Shown: positions 9,889 to 18,623 of the stretch, in pieces
Numbering within the stretch: the stretch's first letter is position 1
How the letters are laid out: each line of letters starts with the position of its first letter
Source: a virus
Lineage: Duplodnaviria > Caudoviricetes
Virus record (IMG/VR): IMGVR_UViG_3300027983_002388
Direction: 5' to 3' (one strand)
DNA: 64,000 nt
Translations under genes and position numbers: made by a program
The notes under the pieces: model-generated
What the model saw: only the letters and a program-made list of their open reading frames with translations
Database searches by the model: none
Told to the model about the DNA's origin: nothing

Positions 9889-11158
9889 CACTAGACCTCC
9901 GATAAGCATCAGCTTCAGCCCCACTCATGGCGTCACTGATGGCTTTTCCTTTCAGGTGCATGAAGTCTTGCGACTTCACAGTTGGTTGGTAGTTCAAGAA
10001 TCGTTGAAGCTCTGCTTCCTTGCCAGAAATTCTAGCGAAATCCAACACGTCTGTCGTTAGAACTTTTTGTCCTGCCGCCTGAAGTTCTGGATTCTCCAAT
10101 TGCTTGTACAAGTCTCGATGTTTCAATAGCTGTGCTACCTGAGCCACGTCAAATCGGTACAACCTGACAAGGAAAGAAGTAGCGTCAGAAACATCATTGG
10201 CGTACTTGAGGCGATTGAGTTGAATTCGGACGGCTTTAGGGTCGTCTTGCTTCAATAGCCAAGCAAGCACAGCTTTGATGTTCTTGACGTTTCCAATGCG
10301 ATCTACATCGTGCATATCGACTTGAAGTCCTGGAAATACTGCGGGCAGCAATCCGGTGGCTTCGTAATTCTTCAGGTAGTTGACTGGACTAGCCGCCTTC
10401 TGAAGACCGCCAGTGAATTCGGCGGCGATACGTTCTGGTGAAACTCCAGCTAAGTCTTTGAATTCTTCAATGGCCGATAGGGTTTCTTTATCCAGATGTT
10501 GCATGATGTATCCAGGATTGAAGCGTGAGAAGAACCGAACAAGTCGGGGGATTCTCAGCTTGTCTTCTCGGAAGCGATCACGAGCGTTTCCAACAGGACG
10601 GGCAACAAGATTCTTAATGTCGTGCAGCCCTTGTCCTTCTCCTTCATCGTTTAGGTTGTAGTCTCTGACTTCCTTCTTGTGAATGTCATAGAACAAAGCG
10701 TTGTAAGTTAGGTCACGACGTTGAGCATCTTTGGCTGGAGTGCTGAAGCTCACAGAGTCAGGACGCCTCCCATCGGTGTATTGTCCATCTTCCCGGAATG
10801 TTGCGATCTCGTATTCCTCTCCATCGACAACAGCGGAAATGACACCGAATGCTTCGCCTTTTGGAAAGGTTTTGATGCCTTGTGATTGAGCAGCCGGACT
10901 GCTCAAGATCGCCATCACCTTGTCGGGCGGCGCTTCGGTTGCAAGGTCTACGTCTTTTGGAGAAAATTTCCCGCCGTGGTGTTGGGAATATAGAAAATCC
11001 CGAATTACCCCACCTACGGCAAACAACGAGGCTCCCTGGCGGGCAAAAAGCTCGCTGAGGGTATACACCGCTGCGGGAAGCGGAATATCTGCCTTGATGC
11101 TGTGAAATTTTTCTTCCACGGTTTCTAAAAACCCCCGGAATTTAAGTTGTGCGACCAT
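9866..11158 (-). CDS. cca: CCA-adding tRNA nucleotidyltransferase (class II, PolA/CCA family)
   Basis: AVGGVIRD, KDVDLAT, EIATFR.D, DAQRRDLTYNAL and RFREDKLRIPRLVRF. Confidence 0.85.
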   Translation of the reverse strand: MVAQLKFRGFLETVEEKFHSIKADIPLPAAVYTLSELFARQGASLFAVGGVIRDFLYSQHHGGKFSPKDVDLATEAPPDKVMAILSSPAAQSQGIKTFPKGEAFGVISAVVDGEEYEIATFREDGQYTDGRRPDSVSFSTPAKDAQRRDLTYNALFYDIHKKEVRDYNLNDEGEGQGLHDIKNLVARPVGNARDRFREDKLRIPRLVRFFSRFNPGYIMQHLDKETLSAIEEFKDLAGVSPERIAAEFTGGLQKAASPVNYLKNYEATGLLPAVFPGLQVDMHDVDRIGNVKNIKAVLAWLLKQDDPKAVRIQLNRLKYANDVSDATSFLVRLYRFDVAQVAQLLKHRDLYKQLENPELQAAGQKVLTTDVLDFARISGKEAELQRFLNYQPTVKSQDFMHLKGKAISDAMSGAEADAYRRSSDEVVAGR

Positions 11159-11287
11159 GTTTTCTCCCAGAGTATACCATATTTTGATGTTCTTGTAAAG
11201 CGTTGGATATTCCTTTCGTCATGGGAATATATACCTTCGTAGCGTTGGTCTATTCGACGCAATCACCTTTCAAACGAGGGTCCACAT

Positions 11288-11587
11288 ATGACAAAGAACA
11301 AAATTCAGTCGCTTATTGTCGAGCATCTTCTCAAGCACGGTCAGATCGAGCTTGTTCTCCCGGACGGCGTAACACTCGAAATCGGACTTACCCAGGAAAA
11401 CCAGGACGGTAAATTGACAATTCAGGATGATTATTGCTGGGTTATTGCATCCCAAGGTGGACGAGCCACCAGTATCGACTCATACAATATGGGCCTTCGT
11501 TTCACAGACAAAGAAAATATCTTGGTATTTGAAGATAAATTCGTTGACCAAGACGGAGAGCAAGTTCGTCGGCTAGATGTTGTTTAA
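11288..11587 (+). CDS. hypothetical protein
   Basis: 99-aa ORF with GAGGG SD. Confidence 0.6.
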   Translation: MTKNKIQSLIVEHLLKHGQIELVLPDGVTLEIGLTQENQDGKLTIQDDYCWVIASQGGRATSIDSYNMGLRFTDKENILVFEDKFVDQDGEQVRRLDVV

Positions 11588-11609
11588 GATAATCAAAAAA
11601 TATTTCGCC

Positions 11610-11963
11610 TTAAACACAATGGAGATTGCCCAGCGTATTGATGTGCGTTATACTTCCATTGTTGGATAGGTGAAGCTCCATAGTTCCTTCGGCCATTTTA
11701 TTCGTGGCCATAGGAACATTGAACTCAACCCACAGGGTAAAACCTGTGGGAGTCCAGTAACATCGGGAGAGCGTAATTGATACGCCTTTGGGTTTTATTT
11801 CGCTCGATGATATAATTGCAAGGCGGTTGATATTTGCCTTTACGGTCTGTAATACGAAGGCCAACAGCCTTGAACTATCCAAGAAGTGTGTCCAGTTTGC
11901 GACCAGGAGTTCTTCCAGTTTGTCTTCTCTGAAGATGTTCTTCAGCACACTTACCAATTCCAT
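11610..11963 (-). CDS. hypothetical protein
   Basis: 117-aa ORF. Confidence 0.55.
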   Translation of the reverse strand: MELVSVLKNIFREDKLEELLVANWTHFLDSSRLLAFVLQTVKANINRLAIISSSEIKPKGVSITLSRCYWTPTGFTLWVEFNVPMATNKMAEGTMELHLSNNGSITHINTLGNLHCV

Positions 11964-11965
11964 GT

Positions 11966-12235
11966 TTGGAGTTTCCCGTGAAAAAGCCAGATTTTTATTT
12001 AAAAGAGTATTGCCAGCGTCTTTCGGACGACAACCTCAAGTTCCTTACCGGACGGTTGAACCAAAGATTGGGTGGCGATGTGGCAGAAGTTCTTGATTTC
12101 TTGAGCAATGTGCGAGAGATTGACCGATGGCTTGCATCGGCAGAAACCAGTAACGATCTTTACGATATGATCGACCTTGTGAAAGCATCAACGGTGAAAG
12201 AATATGATCGACGTTGCAACGGCCACGCAGCCTGA
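11966..12235 (+). CDS. hypothetical protein
   Basis: 89-aa ORF; start uncertain because it abuts a divergent start. Confidence 0.55.
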   Translation: MEFPVKKPDFYLKEYCQRLSDDNLKFLTGRLNQRLGGDVAEVLDFLSNVREIDRWLASAETSNDLYDMIDLVKASTVKEYDRRCNGHAA

Positions 12236-12431
12236 GCCTCGGCTCAAATACTGCGAACAAATTCCCCCAAAAAAATCTCGATTCTGGTTAGGGTTCCTAT
12301 TTGGAGTCCCGTTGTATCCATTGGTTATTCCGTGGGTGCTATTCGGTCTACCGGATAAGTACGCTGAAGCGTATCTTCGGTTGTATGCGGAATACATCAG
12401 ATTCGTGATGCACACTTTAGGTGTTTCATGA
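12204..12431 (+). CDS. small hydrophobic hypothetical protein
   Basis: Fills the gap between neighbours with an ATGA overlap; hydrophobic core. Confidence 0.4.
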   Translation: MIDVATATQPEPRLKYCEQIPPKKSRFWLGFLFGVPLYPLVIPWVLFGLPDKYAEAYLRLYAEYIRFVMHTLGVS

Positions 12432-12976
12432 AAAAATTGTTTATGGCAATTACGATATTGTTGATTTCGGCAATAGCGGTCATTGCCGCTGATATTCCCA
12501 AAGATTGTCGAGTTGCAAATATTCCACCAGGATATTGTTGCTGGGCAAGTCTTGAAACTTTGGGAAAAGTCCACAAAATTTCCAGCTTAGATGGACTGCT
12601 GGACGCCAGGACCAGAGAGGACGATACGATCATTATCGTTCAAGGTTCCGGCGTTTCATTTCGACAAGTTGAGCCGAAAAATTACGGCTACGATCACGCT
12701 ATTCGCAAAAAGCTCACTGATCTCAAGGTGAAGTTTTGGATGAATACCACTGGTAATGCCGACCGCTCTCTGTTAAAGTATGCGAACTCGCATGGATGCT
12801 TGGTGGGACTCAAGGCAGGCGCTAGAGGTCAACTTGGCCACGGCATTGTTTTGACTCATTACGATGATAAGATCATTCGGTTTTATGACTCCAACCAACC
12901 GGATGATACTTGGGAAGGATCGAGAGAGTGGTTCGATTTTTGGTGGAGTGGCCTAATCGTTGTAGTTGAGAAATGA
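12428..12976 (+). CDS. secreted or membrane papain-fold peptidase (C39-like)
   Basis: N-terminal signal peptide; GYCCWAS (Cys), GHGIVL (His), FYDSN (Asp). Confidence 0.65.
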   Translation: MKKLFMAITILLISAIAVIAADIPKDCRVANIPPGYCCWASLETLGKVHKISSLDGLLDARTREDDTIIIVQGSGVSFRQVEPKNYGYDHAIRKKLTDLKVKFWMNTTGNADRSLLKYANSHGCLVGLKAGARGQLGHGIVLTHYDDKIIRFYDSNQPDDTWEGSREWFDFWWSGLIVVVEK

Positions 12977-13365
12977 AATTTCACATCAAGAAGAATGCCC
13001 ACTTTGAGGCTCGTATATACATTGGCAATCGTGTCAAGTATAACGGGCCTCAATTTTCTTTTGCCGAGCTTAGAGAAGCCATTGGATATTTCCAATCAAA
13101 CAATGGAATTGAGGCGTCCAATCCCGTTCGTATAACCCCCACAACATTTGTTTGGGAAAAGTACGATGAAGAGGGATGGGAAATCGCTGTAATTGATTAC
13201 CCAAGGGTCAGCAAGCCGCATAGTGTTTTGCGTGAGTTTGCATACAACTTGGCAGTTCATTTGTTTGAGAGGTTTGAACAGAACCGAATGTCTATTGTTT
13301 TTCCCGACGAGATAGTTATGCTGGAGGCCGATGACGCAGAAGAAAACAAGTACAACCAAAAGTAA
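12973..13365 (+). CDS. hypothetical protein
   Basis: 130-aa ORF with an ATGA overlap. Confidence 0.6.
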   Translation: MKFHIKKNAHFEARIYIGNRVKYNGPQFSFAELREAIGYFQSNNGIEASNPVRITPTTFVWEKYDEEGWEIAVIDYPRVSKPHSVLREFAYNLAVHLFERFEQNRMSIVFPDEIVMLEADDAEENKYNQK

Positions 13366-16300
13366 TCGCAAGGAGAAAAAAGTGCCTGTAGTAATCAAAG
13401 CTGAGGATCAGCCTGTTGTTGTAGCTACATCTGATTATCCTTACGCCAAATGGAAGTTTGAGACGTTCAATCCGGTTCAAAGTCGGATTATGGATTTTTA
13501 TGACAAGGATGTAAACGGTCTTATCGCCGCTATGACTTCAGCAGGCAAGACAGTCGTAGCTGAAATGTTTCTTGCGCAAGAAATTCGTAAACGTGGTGGC
13601 AAGGGCATGTTCCTTGCTCCTTTGCGTGCATTGGCTCGTGAGAAAATCACCGATTGGAAAAACGAGAATTATCACTTCGCCGACCAGAAAATTTCTATCT
13701 GCACAGGTGATTATAGGCTCACAAAAGAGCGTGCCAAAGAATTGAATGATGCCAATCTCATCATCATGACTTCGGAAATGTTAAATCACCGCAGTCGCAA
13801 TCATAAGGCCGAACAAAATAATTGGCTTCTTGATGTTGGCACGTTAATTATTGATGAATGTTTGTCTCCAAATGCAATAATTGAAACAGATCAAGGTCCA
13901 ATTTCTATTGGAGACATCATTGACAAAAATCTGGATGTTAAAGTTGCATCCATGAATCACTCAACCAAACAAATTGTATTCAAAAAAATAGTTGCTCGTC
14001 AGAAAAAGTTGTTAAAAAGAAGATGGCACACCATATATTATGACGGTGGGCATATTTCTGCGACATCAAATCATTTGGTGTGGTGTGAAAATCGTGGTTA
14101 TATTCCCTCTAAAGACATTCAAGAGGGAGATGTTATTTATGTACGAGGAATTAACGAAGAGAGAAAAACAAGTAATATTGGGAACTTTACTGGGAGACGG
14201 TTCGATAGCTCGACTTCCGCACGGAAAGTCAGCAAGATTGAGGGTTCAACAGTGTTCGGCTCAAAAGGCTTTAGTCGAATGGAAGTACAACGAGTTGAAG
14301 CGATTGGTTGGCACCCCTCCACAAATCAAACCGAACCAAGGGTACGGAAAGGAAGTGTGCAGATTCAACACATTGTCAAGCAAAATGTTGTTGGCAATAC
14401 ATTCGATGTGTTATCCACGAGGGAAGAAAATAGTAAATTCTCAGTGGTTGGACGAGATCACCGATCCGGTGGCATTGGCGGTGTGGTACATGGACGACGG
14501 AAGCCAGGGTCCAAGTATGATGGCAATTCACACCGAGGGCTTTCCCAAATCAGAAGTGGAATTGTTAGCGCATTGGTTGGAAACGAAATGGTCGGTGGCT
14601 TGCGAAGCCTATCCGACAAAACAATATTGGCAACTCAGATTTCCAGCGAAGGGTCGGGATCGTTTTCAAGAACTGGTTCGTCACGAAATAATTTCAGACA
14701 TGAATTACAAGGTGCTGCCAAAAATGGAGCAGATATTTTGTTCGATGTGTGGTCAGAAATTCATCGCAGATCGCCGCAGTCTTCATCAAGTCAGGAAGGT
14801 CATGCTTTGTGGGGCCAAGGAGTGTCGGTTGAATTGGGACAGGATGTACAGCCGGACGGAGACATGGATTCAGAGGAATCTTGGTGTTGCGACTTAGAAG
14901 TTGAATCTGATTGTTTTGAAGATTGCAATTTTTTTGCAGATGGAGTTCTTGTCCATAATAGTCACTTGTTGACTGTTCCAGGTCGTGGAGATCACCTGGA
15001 AGTTGGACTCATGAAGTTCACAGAGATCAATCCCAAGGCTCGTCTCGTGTTGCTTTCAGCAACGATGCCTAATGTAGAAGAGATTGCCGACTGGATTAGT
15101 TATTCTTTGACCAAGCGTGAAACTTTCATGTTGCGGTCCAAGTATCGACCAGTGCCTTTGACTCTTCACTATGAGTCTTATTACGACGTAGGCAGATACG
15201 ATCAAGTCGAAGAAGAGAAGGTCAATAAAGCCCTTGAAATTATTGAATGGTATCCAGACGACAAGTTCCTTGTCTTCGCCCATACAAAGCGTACTGGCGA
15301 ATTGATGAAGCAAAATTTGCGATCATTGGGCATTGAAGCTCAATTTCACAATGCTGATTTGCAAGCTGATGAGCGTGCTAAGGTGGAAGATCGTTTCAAA
15401 ACTGATCCTAAGCTACGGGTCATTGTGGCTACATCGACTTTGGCATGGGGCTTAAACCTTCCTGCTCGACGTGTGATTATTTTGGGCGTCAATCGAGGAA
15501 TTGGCGAGGTTGAAACTCACGATATTCTTCAGATGGTCGGTCGATCTGGTCGGCTGGGAATTGATCCGATGGGTGATGCGTACATCCTCGTTCCTGAAAG
15601 TGAAGAGGCAAAATATCGTCAGAAATTCAGCAAGCCGAATCGTATTGAATCCCAGCTTTTAGAAAAAGTTGGTGACAAATACAAGGTGTTAGCTTTCCAT
15701 CTTGTTAGTGAAATTCATCACGGCACTGTGTCAACAACCGATGATGTTCATGCTTGGTATAAGCGGTCGTTGGCTTATTTCCAAAACAAGGCTCTGGATG
15801 AAACTGTTGTAGACCAGACTTTAGACTTACTGCGGAAATGCAGTGCGGTTTGGAAAGAAGATGCTGTTGAAGGTGAGACGGATGAAAAATGGATTTGCCG
15901 ACCTATTGGGAAAGTTTCCAGCATGTTTTACTTCAGTCCATTTGATGTCTCGGACTTGTATTTTAACTTCAAGAATTTATTCCAAGACAATAAAGAGGAC
16001 GACGATTACTTCGTGTCAACGGCTCTGGGAAATATTGATGGTCAGAGAATGAATATAGTTTCTCGTATTGAGAAAGAAGAGATGAGTCTTTATGCCGCAA
16101 AGGTGCGGACCTTGATGCCAGGGAAGTTCTTCAATGATGCCTCTTTGAAGGCTAGTTTTTGCTACTTCAATTTGTTAAATGGCGTGAACAGCCAAGCCTG
16201 TGCCACAACGCAAAGGAATCTTCAGTTCGATTTCAATCGGCTGTCACAGGTTCTTCAGTCGCTCGATACATTTGGCGGCAATTGGCAACGTGAAAGTTAC

Positions 16301-16546
16301 TTCAAGATTCTTGAGGGGCGTATTACCAATGGGGTTCCAGTTCACTTAGTTGATCTTTGTCGTTTGGCAAACATTGGCAAAGCACGAGCTACGAAGCTCT
16401 ATGAAGCTGGATTTAAGACTGTTGAATCGGTTGCTGATATGGACTTTGAGAACTTCAAGAAGATTGTCAACAGTACGGGTAAATCCATGAAGGTAGACGC
16501 AGCTAAGGAAGTGTTTGAATCTGCCAAGGTGTTCGCTTTGCTTTAA
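13331..16546 (+). CDS. Ski2/Hel308-like SF2 DExH helicase precursor containing an intein
   Basis: AMTSAGKT (motif I), APLRALA, DE/SH split by the intein, LSAT, ATSTLAWGLNLPA, QMVGRSGR and C-terminal HhH (LANIGKARATKL). Confidence 0.9.
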   Translation: MTQKKTSTTKSNRKEKKVPVVIKAEDQPVVVATSDYPYAKWKFETFNPVQSRIMDFYDKDVNGLIAAMTSAGKTVVAEMFLAQEIRKRGGKGMFLAPLRALAREKITDWKNENYHFADQKISICTGDYRLTKERAKELNDANLIIMTSEMLNHRSRNHKAEQNNWLLDVGTLIIDECLSPNAIIETDQGPISIGDIIDKNLDVKVASMNHSTKQIVFKKIVARQKKLLKRRWHTIYYDGGHISATSNHLVWCENRGYIPSKDIQEGDVIYVRGINEERKTSNIGNFTGRRFDSSTSARKVSKIEGSTVFGSKGFSRMEVQRVEAIGWHPSTNQTEPRVRKGSVQIQHIVKQNVVGNTFDVLSTREENSKFSVVGRDHRSGGIGGVVHGRRKPGSKYDGNSHRGLSQIRSGIVSALVGNEMVGGLRSLSDKTILATQISSEGSGSFSRTGSSRNNFRHELQGAAKNGADILFDVWSEIHRRSPQSSSSQEGHALWGQGVSVELGQDVQPDGDMDSEESWCCDLEVESDCFEDCNFFADGVLVHNSHLLTVPGRGDHLEVGLMKFTEINPKARLVLLSATMPNVEEIADWISYSLTKRETFMLRSKYRPVPLTLHYESYYDVGRYDQVEEEKVNKALEIIEWYPDDKFLVFAHTKRTGELMKQNLRSLGIEAQFHNADLQADERAKVEDRFKTDPKLRVIVATSTLAWGLNLPARRVIILGVNRGIGEVETHDILQMVGRSGRLGIDPMGDAYILVPESEEAKYRQKFSKPNRIESQLLEKVGDKYKVLAFHLVSEIHHGTVSTTDDVHAWYKRSLAYFQNKALDETVVDQTLDLLRKCSAVWKEDAVEGETDEKWICRPIGKVSSMFYFSPFDVSDLYFNFKNLFQDNKEDDDYFVSTALGNIDGQRMNIVSRIEKEEMSLYAAKVRTLMPGKFFNDASLKASFCYFNLLNGVNSQACATTQRNLQFDFNRLSQVLQSLDTFGGNWQRESYFKILEGRITNGVPVHLVDLCRLANIGKARATKLYEAGFKTVESVADMDFENFKKIVNSTGKSMKVDAAKEVFESAKVFALL
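13859..14959 (+). mobile_element. intein in helicase motif II (367 aa)
   Basis: Starts CLSPNAII after IIDE; block B ATSNHLVW; ends NFFADGVLVHN before Ser; splicing restores DESH. Confidence 0.9.
14139..14897 (+). CDS. LAGLIDADG homing endonuclease in the +1 frame inside the helicase intein
   Basis: ILGTLLGDGS and ALAVWYMDDGS motifs; C-terminal CxxC...C...C; SD GAGGGAG at 14123-14129 before ATG 14139. Confidence 0.85.
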   Translation: MYEELTKREKQVILGTLLGDGSIARLPHGKSARLRVQQCSAQKALVEWKYNELKRLVGTPPQIKPNQGYGKEVCRFNTLSSKMLLAIHSMCYPRGKKIVNSQWLDEITDPVALAVWYMDDGSQGPSMMAIHTEGFPKSEVELLAHWLETKWSVACEAYPTKQYWQLRFPAKGRDRFQELVRHEIISDMNYKVLPKMEQIFCSMCGQKFIADRRSLHQVRKVMLCGAKECRLNWDRMYSRTETWIQRNLGVAT

Positions 16547-17253
16547 CGGCGAATTTTGCGAGTCTTGGTGATTCTTTCTAATAGCTTCTGTTTGCTGATG
16601 TAGGTTTTCTGGACGCCAGTTCTCACTGAGCGTTGCTTGAACGCAGCAAATGAAGCCGAGCCACTGCACTCACCTAATAGACTTCCAGTGCTGCTCACCA
16701 AACAGCATGAGCAGCAATGCGCAGATGGCGGTGTAATAGACACTCCTACGCCACCACAATCTCCCACAGATACGCTGGTTCCTCCTCCGTTTATGGAGCA
16801 ACCGAAGGGAGCGCCGCAAGCATCGCTGCATCCTGACAGTGACACTGTTCCAGCACCAATTGCCGTAAAAGAAAATCCTGATCCATACAGACAGCAGCCT
16901 GATGTTGACAGGGTGATAGTAATAGTTGAGCATGGAATAGAGCAAGTCGGGACTGAAGTGTCTGGCACTGATCCAGTGGTTGCTTGCGCATAAACATATC
17001 CATCACTGTCTTCTATATCAAACAGATATGCTTGATAATCAAAGTCTGGAAAATCAACATCTAATTCAGGCGCACGAAGGGGAGCAGGCACAGCAATAGG
17101 CGCACAATCACATCCGGGCGGATAAACACTTGAGCTTGTTCCACACAAATACACATAGGTCCAGCTTGTGTAGCATGGACATGGTGGGCAACACTTGCAG
17201 TTGCAGCCGCAATAGCTGCCAGTTCCCAAGCAATATGGAGGATTACATGCCAT
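16543..17253 (-). CDS. cysteine-rich hypothetical protein
   Basis: 236 aa with dense Cys clusters and an S/T/G-rich middle; other frames here look spurious. Confidence 0.55.
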   Translation of the reverse strand: MACNPPYCLGTGSYCGCNCKCCPPCPCYTSWTYVYLCGTSSSVYPPGCDCAPIAVPAPLRAPELDVDFPDFDYQAYLFDIEDSDGYVYAQATTGSVPDTSVPTCSIPCSTITITLSTSGCCLYGSGFSFTAIGAGTVSLSGCSDACGAPFGCSINGGGTSVSVGDCGGVGVSITPPSAHCCSCCLVSSTGSLLGECSGSASFAAFKQRSVRTGVQKTYISKQKLLERITKTRKIRR

Positions 17254-17523
17254 TTATTCTTTGCCAAAAAATCCCGTAGGATATTCCATTTTTACAGTGC
17301 CATTGCCTTTTGTTGGTTTGCCATCGTCATCCTCGACCCACCAACGCACCTGTTCGACAGGTATGTTGAGTTCATCCATGTGGCACTTATCTTTTGGAAA
17401 CACTGGCATGTGATATTCCGTGCCTTCTACTAGAATCGCTACTTTACATTCGCCTTTTTGGTTATTGTATAGCATACAATTTCTGCATATCGGTTCCACT
17501 TGTTTTTTCTTTGCCATTTTCAT
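17254..17523 (-). CDS. small Cys/His hypothetical protein
   Basis: CRNC...C...CHM pattern. Confidence 0.55.
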   Translation of the reverse strand: MKMAKKKQVEPICRNCMLYNNQKGECKVAILVEGTEYHMPVFPKDKCHMDELNIPVEQVRWWVEDDDGKPTKGNGTVKMEYPTGFFGKE

Positions 17524-17600
17524 ATTCCTTGATGAAGGGCCTTGAGATATAATTCGGCTTACCTTATTACAGTAACAACTGCTCTAAATGGAGGCCGACT

Positions 17601-18290
17601 ATGCAGGTATTAGGTGTCGCTGCTCAACTTGCCAACGGCAAAGACGTTCTTTGTGACTATTTGGTGAAGGTTCTCAATAGATCATATGCCGAGAATGATC
17701 CCAATCGTTGGCATCGTAGTGCATTTGCAAATGCCGTTAAGGATGTCTTTGAAAGTAGTTTCGGCGTTGATCGGGATTTCACTGAAAAATGGAAGAGAAA
17801 CCCTGAATCTCCTCCAGACATGCTACAGAGCGTGAGAAAAAGTCTCCAATTTATTGGAGATGGATTTCGCAAGATTAGAGACGGCATCTGGATTGAAATT
17901 GCCCTACGAGACGAGAGTAAGAAACTGGTTATTTCCGACAGCCGGTACATAAATGAAGCTAAGGCTGTAAAAACCAAAGACGGATTTATGGTTGTTTTGT
18001 ATCGTCCTGGCTTCTTGAATGATGATCCTAATCCTTCTGAGGCTCAGATTAAACCTATCGTAGAGTTCTGTGCCAATCACTTGGAAGAAGGCCCCATTCC
18101 ATCCTATCAAACTCTGGTTCTTGCTTTCGGAGAAAAGGCAGTTCCCGAAGGAATGAAGTATTACGATTACTATCTTATCAATGACGGGGCTTTGGAAGAT
18201 TTGTATTCCAAAGTGGACCGATTACTGGTTCCAATCATTGAGAGAAAATATGAACAGAGTCACAAGTCCGGGCGACCGGGTGAATGTTAA
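17601..18290 (+). CDS. deoxynucleoside monophosphate kinase (T4 gp1-like)
   Basis: N-terminal P-loop variant G.AAQLANGKD, AFANAVKD and VISDSRYINE. Confidence 0.7.
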   Translation: MQVLGVAAQLANGKDVLCDYLVKVLNRSYAENDPNRWHRSAFANAVKDVFESSFGVDRDFTEKWKRNPESPPDMLQSVRKSLQFIGDGFRKIRDGIWIEIALRDESKKLVISDSRYINEAKAVKTKDGFMVVLYRPGFLNDDPNPSEAQIKPIVEFCANHLEEGPIPSYQTLVLAFGEKAVPEGMKYYDYYLINDGALEDLYSKVDRLLVPIIERKYEQSHKSGRPGEC

Positions 18291-18618
18291 AAAAGGTTGG
18301 GGTTCCGAAGATTGGATTTGGAACGATGACAATTATTGTGGGAAAATTCTAGCCTTTGAAAAAGGCAAGAAATGTTCTTACCACTATCACAAAATTAAGG
18401 ATGAAGTCCTTTTTTTATATAGTGGTAAGATCATTATGAAGTATGGCGATGACGATGATTTTGATGCTGCAACGGTCCTGGTTATGGAACCAGGAATGGC
18501 ATTCCACGTCACACCTGGGCTTCGCCATCAGATGATTGCTGAAGAGGATTCTCTAATGTATGAGTTCTCGACTCATCATGAGGATTCGGATTCATACAGG
18601 ATCGTGGTCGGCGACTAG
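18250..18618 (+). CDS. cupin-fold protein (sugar isomerase-like)
   Basis: KGWGSE, SYHYHKIKDE, PGLRHQM and EFST. Confidence 0.75.
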   Translation: MNRVTSPGDRVNVKKGWGSEDWIWNDDNYCGKILAFEKGKKCSYHYHKIKDEVLFLYSGKIIMKYGDDDDFDAATVLVMEPGMAFHVTPGLRHQMIAEEDSLMYEFSTHHEDSDSYRIVVGD

Positions 18619-18623
18619 GACTT

